Shown: positions 59,901-64,000 of the stretch, piece after piece
Position numbering within the stretch: the first letter of the stretch is position 1
Layout: every line of letters starts with the position of its first letter
From: Botryllus schlosseri
Lineage: Eukaryota
Assembly (NCBI GenBank): GCA_051294905.1
Contig: CM119371.1
Coordinates: forward strand, 11,348,001-11,412,000
Direction of reading: 5' to 3'
DNA: 64,000 bases
Notes under the pieces: generated by a model
The model's input: only the letters and a program-made list of their open reading frames with translations
Databases searched by the model: none
What the model was told of the DNA's origin: nothing
Translations under genes and position numbers: made by a program

Positions 59901-62900
59901 ATCGATATCGCCTTCCATGACCTACCACCCCATTTCTTGTTGCTTGCTTTTTCCCTATACTATCTTATTTGCTTTTCATTCAGTGTGCATGCCTCCTCTT
60001 TACATCGCCTAGGCCAAGGTGGGTGTCTGATTCCATAGACTACTCCAAGTCGCTTTGACACCTTCCTATCTTTTCATTGTATCACATTTTGTGGTGTTTT
60101 GAACTGATAAAATTGCTAATAAACCAATGATGATGATGATGAACCACATTAGAACGCAAGAGAATCGCCTGTAACTGCAACATAAAACGTATTGTGAACC
60201 GATACCGTTAGCCCTCAGAATTTAGCTAAAACGTCAATTCACATCATACCGGTCGTGCTGGAAGTGTATGTGACGCCATCATTGGTATCCTTAGTTAAAA
60301 ATGAGTATTTGTGAACAACACGCTGTCTAACTTTCGATGTATACATTCCAGAGCAGTTAACTGGTGATGGTAATTGCGTATGTGTCTCAGTAAATATGTA
60401 GACTGTCCTGTATATAGTGTTTAACAAATGGGTCTATACCCCACCAGAAACCATTGAATTCCCCACCGTTTGGGAACCACTGCAGTAGACAAACACCGTG
60501 AATACTTCAAAAACAAAACAAACATCCAAATGTTTCGGCCTTGCAAGTTCACAATCTGTTTAATCCCTTTTGATAATATAATCTAATTTCGAAAATTACT
60601 CCGCAAGCCACTTAAAATCTACTGGCGATTCACGGGTTGGCCGCTCCTGCAGTAGGTCAGGAACTATAGAACCATTCCTTTGATATTCTCTTCGGTGACA
60701 TTGAGCAATTTAAATTGAATTTTGATAGGAATATTCTCGCGTCACCTACATATATGACCAATGACCATAAGCCAGACTGATGATTCAATATTTCTGCACC
60801 CTGTATACAGAGGTGGCCGTACGATTGGTGGGGGGGGGGGCGGGGCGCTGGACGAGACTTCAAGGGTCCATTTATTCCTTATTAGGGCCCGCCCTTTGCT
60901 GCTAGATTACGGAACTATATACTGTAAATACATGCGTGGTAAAATAAGTGTATTTTCAGCTTTCCACCAAGAAAAACCAAGTGAATTTATACACTGCGGC
61001 CTTATCGATTTCTCCATAGGGATTGGTGTATTTAACTAATTTTTTCTGTTGGAAGGTGTGTGAAAGCAAAGTTGGTACCTGTTTGTTTTATTACATTTTT
61101 GGCGCTTATCGCACATATGGTTATTTGCGCCCAGTACATGAATTGAATAACACAATGTCTTTTGCGGTCTTGTTTCGTCTTTTTCTGGTCATTGGCTGCC
61201 ATCTTTCCAGAGTTCGGCTCTCTCTTCTTCTGGGCTTTTCAAGGCGCTGTATAGACAGCGAGATCGGCGATGAGGAGCCCAGATAAACCTCCGACACATA
61301 GAAACATGGCAGAGCCGTGACTCGAACCACCAACCATTGGTGTCGTGACAGCAGTGTTTAACCAACTGCGCCACTCGCTTCCCCAAAGTTGGTACCTAAA
61401 AGTGCCGTTCATCTGATTTACACCCCACACTGTGATGGAAATCTTAAGAATACACCTATTCTCCAAGCCATGGATTTACTGTGATAGTTAGATGTTAGAT
61501 TATTATACCATAGTTCCAAAGATTTCGCTGACGCATATTTATTATGACGAGACATGTCATGTGTATGAAGATACAGTGTGATAGGAACCATTCAACCCCG
61601 CAACTCATATTATACTGCCGATATCTTTGTGAAAACATGATTGTCACATCATACCTATTTCGTGCGCAGCCCGATGAATATTTTGGACTTCAACCTAACT
61701 TTTATGAAAATTAAAGTATTGTTGGTTCTCCGTGAAAACAGTCTCACTTGCAAAATATTATACCTCTACTAGACAAACTATAAATAGCGAAAATATGTGA
61801 GTGGATCACAGAATATTACAGCCCAAATTGGAATATTCTTGAGTAAGAACTGCAAAGAGAAGAAAATTACTTGAGTACCTCGACAATGTAAAAGTACTTC
61901 GTTACTTGACAACTTGTGATGTCAGTTGTCATTGTTTAGGTAAATATCACGCTGCCGCCCACTGCACCCGCGGTCGCGGGTATAGCCATTCCTTATTTGC
62001 CGAGGTGCTGTTAGGTTGCATGTCGCGCTAACTTTAAAGTAAATATTGGATTCAGTGTTCTCCGTTCATGGTCGTTGAAGATGAAATCTAAGTCAGGAGA
62101 CAGTTCCGCCTATATTAGGGTTGCCATACGTCTACGAATTTCCCGGGCATGTACGGAATTTCACTGTTAAAACTGCGCCCGGAGGAATTTTTAAAATATG
62201 CCCAAATGTCCGGAATTCTGAAGGCTTGAAGTAAGCTCCTAATTTTTTCGTAAATCAGAACAAACAATATTATTTGGGGCAGATTTATGCTACATGAAAT
62301 TTAATATCTTATCTATATTGGTTTTAATATGGGGACTATAACACCCTCGCAAAAACTGCGATCGAAGATAAATAAAAATAACATTCATTTACAAAAATAA
62401 GTTCATCTTTATATTTCGAATTGCAATCTCCGTATTTATTGACTGCCGCTACAGACGAGTGTCAGTTGCAAAGCTTAGAGTGAATAAATTGCGAATATGA
62501 TTGTGTTGTTCGTTGCAATATTCAAATTCTGTACCACAAGGAACCTACTTAGAAATAAGTCTAATTGTGATCGCAATTGCAAGATAACGGTAAATTCATA
62601 GAGTCGGTAAAGGCCAGGGGCGGGCAATATATACTCATCTGATCATGTGGGCGGAAAGAGGATCAAAATTATATAGTATAGTATATAATATGGAAGAACC
62701 AATAATATTGATAGAATTAATTCAAAAAGTTTAATGACCCGATGCATATAAAAATCAGATGCATATAGCAAACCCTACAAGATGCATCGATTACCCTATG
62801 CTGGGCCCAAAATCAGTGTATATTTGGCCGGGAGGGGGCTGAAAAAATGTGGTTTCGGTCTTGATTACAACTTACAACACGCAGTCACACACTCCGGAAC

Positions 62901-63955
62901 CGGATCGTGACGACCTCTGGTCGATAAGCAAATCTTTGCTGGTGTGACCGAAAATGTGTTCATACCTCATTTTGAAATCCGCTAGGGGCGCTAATGTGTA
63001 TCCGGAATTTGAGTCACGAAAATATGGTAACCCTAGCCTATATCATACCAGATATCATTGGTATCGTATCCTATATGCTAGGAGAATAAAGGTGAGCTAG
63101 AACAAATCAAAAGTAAATCAATAATTTCGGGAATTCAAAACGTAACTGTATTCACCTTCTCGCGATATTTTATTGCATTCAGCCATCGGATATCTTCAAT
63201 GCTGAGGACAATCCTATCAACAGAAGACAACGTTACTTCTCCAATGACTCTCCCGTCAGCAATCTTCGCTGCTTCGATCCAATTTGCAACACCAATTATT
63301 CCGTGCTGAAAATGCCAAGCAGAATATCAAATACTGTCAATTTGGGAAATTTAATTTAGTGTAACCTTTTTTATTTTTGGCACAACAATGCAACGCGATA
63401 CGGTAAATGATACATCTTGAAACGTTCGTCGCCACAAATCGACGTCGAACGAATCGCAATCAACTTCGATCCATAGATTTAACACCTGGTAATGTAGAAC
63501 CAATCGGTCTTTCATATGTCGTGAACGCGGTGAATGTGTCAGTTGACATTGTACAGAGATCACATACGAAATCCGAATCACAAATCACTGGTTTGTTACA
63601 GCTCAAATATGAAAATAGATTCACCTTCTGGCGATATTTTATTGCATTCAGTAATTGGATATCTTCAATCTGCAGGACGATCGAATCGACCCAAGACAGA
63701 GTTACTTCCTCGATGGATCCTACTTTTGCGATGATTGATGCTTCGATCCATTTAGCTACGTTTATTCGTCCATGCTAATGTGCAATGTATACGATATAGT
63801 AACGTTACATTACAGGGAATTTAATTCAACATTACCTCTGGTATTACAGGCGAAACAATGCAGCGCGAAACGGAAAATGAAATATCTTGAAATGTTCGTC
63901 GCCACAAATCGACGTCGAACGAATCCAAATCAACTTCGATCCATAGATTTAACAC
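50982..63955 (-). CDS. Partial (5' end beyond the window) multi-exon gene for a degenerate LRR-like repeat protein; exons 63955-63836, 63774-63625, 63485-63366, 63305-63156, 55762-55643, 55582-55433, 51311-51147, 51080-50982
   Basis: All eight exons are open, phase 0-0 and AG/GT-bounded. There are three copies of a 120-nt (VLNLWIEVD.DSFDVDLWRRTFQD...) plus 150-nt (HG.I.VA.WI.A...EVTLS.VD.IVL.IEDI..LNAIKYR.K) exon pair. Whether they form one transcript, and the true 3' end, are unresolved. Confidence 0.7.
51608..51905 (-). mobile_element. tRNA-derived SINE (family 1)
   Basis: The reverse complement matches 30642-30915. The head has a short CGCTATCTCG duplication. Confidence 0.8.
52065..53443. 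mobile_element. hAT MITE with a nested hAT MITE (52587-53192)
   Basis: Outer TSD ACCTAATC is perfect. Inner element CAGTGGTGGC...GCCACCACTG has TSD ATAACAAT/ATAACAAC. Confidence 0.85.
54580..55845. repeat. Direct segmental duplication of about 60880-63560
   Basis: Collinear identity across MITE remnants, intron and two exons. The 61-63 kb copy carries extra insertions. Confidence 0.9.
56700..57165 (-). mobile_element. Penelope-like element 3' fragment (GIY-YIG endonuclease C-terminus plus terminal region)
   Basis: SSIGQHLSENLACAQHYDDNMFTVIARGRSVFHLKVLESTIIQLSKPILCRQK fits the C-terminal pattern of PLE GIY-YIG domains. Stop at 56955, AATAAA at about 56717-56712. Confidence 0.8.
56717..56755 (-). 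ncRNA. Minimal type I hammerhead ribozyme motif (U3/A8 variant)
   Basis: TAACTC-TTGAAAA-GAGGCACCC-GAAA-AGTCTT-C-GAGTTA: 6-bp stem I, core boxes, imperfect stem II, tiny stem III and a UUC site, in the expected PLE position. Confidence 0.6.
57200..57598. mobile_element. Diverged solo arm of the P/Galileo-like foldback family
   Basis: Ends ...CACCATATAGGACACTATG and aligns with about 7000-7332. Confidence 0.8.
59530..60525 (+). mobile_element. SINE family 1 interrupted by a LINE 3' end (about 59755-60142) and other DNA
   Basis: SINE head and body at 59530-59752, tail-like piece at about 60485-60525. The LINE-like piece ends AATAAA...(ATG)n. Confidence 0.65.
61081..61384 (-). mobile_element. 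tRNA-derived SINE (family 2)
   Basis: A box TGGCGCAGTTGG, B box GGTTCGAGTCAC and 13-bp TSD AAAGTTGGTACCT. Empty site at about 54785 in the duplicate. Confidence 0.9.
62116..63035. mobile_element. hAT-type non-autonomous element
   Basis: TAGGGTTGCCATA/TATGGTAACCCTA TIRs and perfect TSD GCCTATAT. Empty site at 55322-55329. Confidence 0.92.
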
Positions 63956-64000
63956 CTTTTAATGTAGAACCAATCGGTCTTTCACATGTCGTAAACGCGG

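Noticed and set aside
63407..63778. Plus-strand 123-aa ORF
   Set aside because: Antisense to well-formed minus-strand exons and not preserved in the 55-kb duplicate.

Overview
Eukaryotic, AT-rich, transposon-dense DNA with spliceosomal genes and introns as short as about 60 bp. An invertebrate such as a tunicate is plausible but cannot be proven from this window. Two host loci lie on the minus strand. The first is a five-exon, phase-consistent gene (31750 to 19911) for an approximately 211-aa single-pass membrane protein: no signal peptide, an MGNSQS N-terminus, a Thr/Pro mucin stalk with N-glycan sequons, one TM helix, and a tyrosine-motif tail or possibly an alternative short polybasic tail. 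A shrunken tandem paralog lies at about 15.2-18.6 kb. The second is the 3' part of a gene or gene cluster built from phase 0-0 exons encoding degenerate LRR-like repeats (64.0 to about 40.3 kb), which has grown by duplication of a 40-aa + 50-aa exon pair. The rest is a dense TE landscape: a four-element nest (hATm MITE > piggyBac > P/Galileo-like foldback + hATm transposase pseudogene), a CACTA element with an internal 143-bp array, an internally deleted Mag-type Gypsy gag-pro, a Chapaev3 relic, many hAT MITEs, two tRNA-derived SINE families, LINE 3' ends, and a Penelope GIY-YIG fragment carrying a minimal hammerhead ribozyme. All gene models were read by eye and need RNA support.
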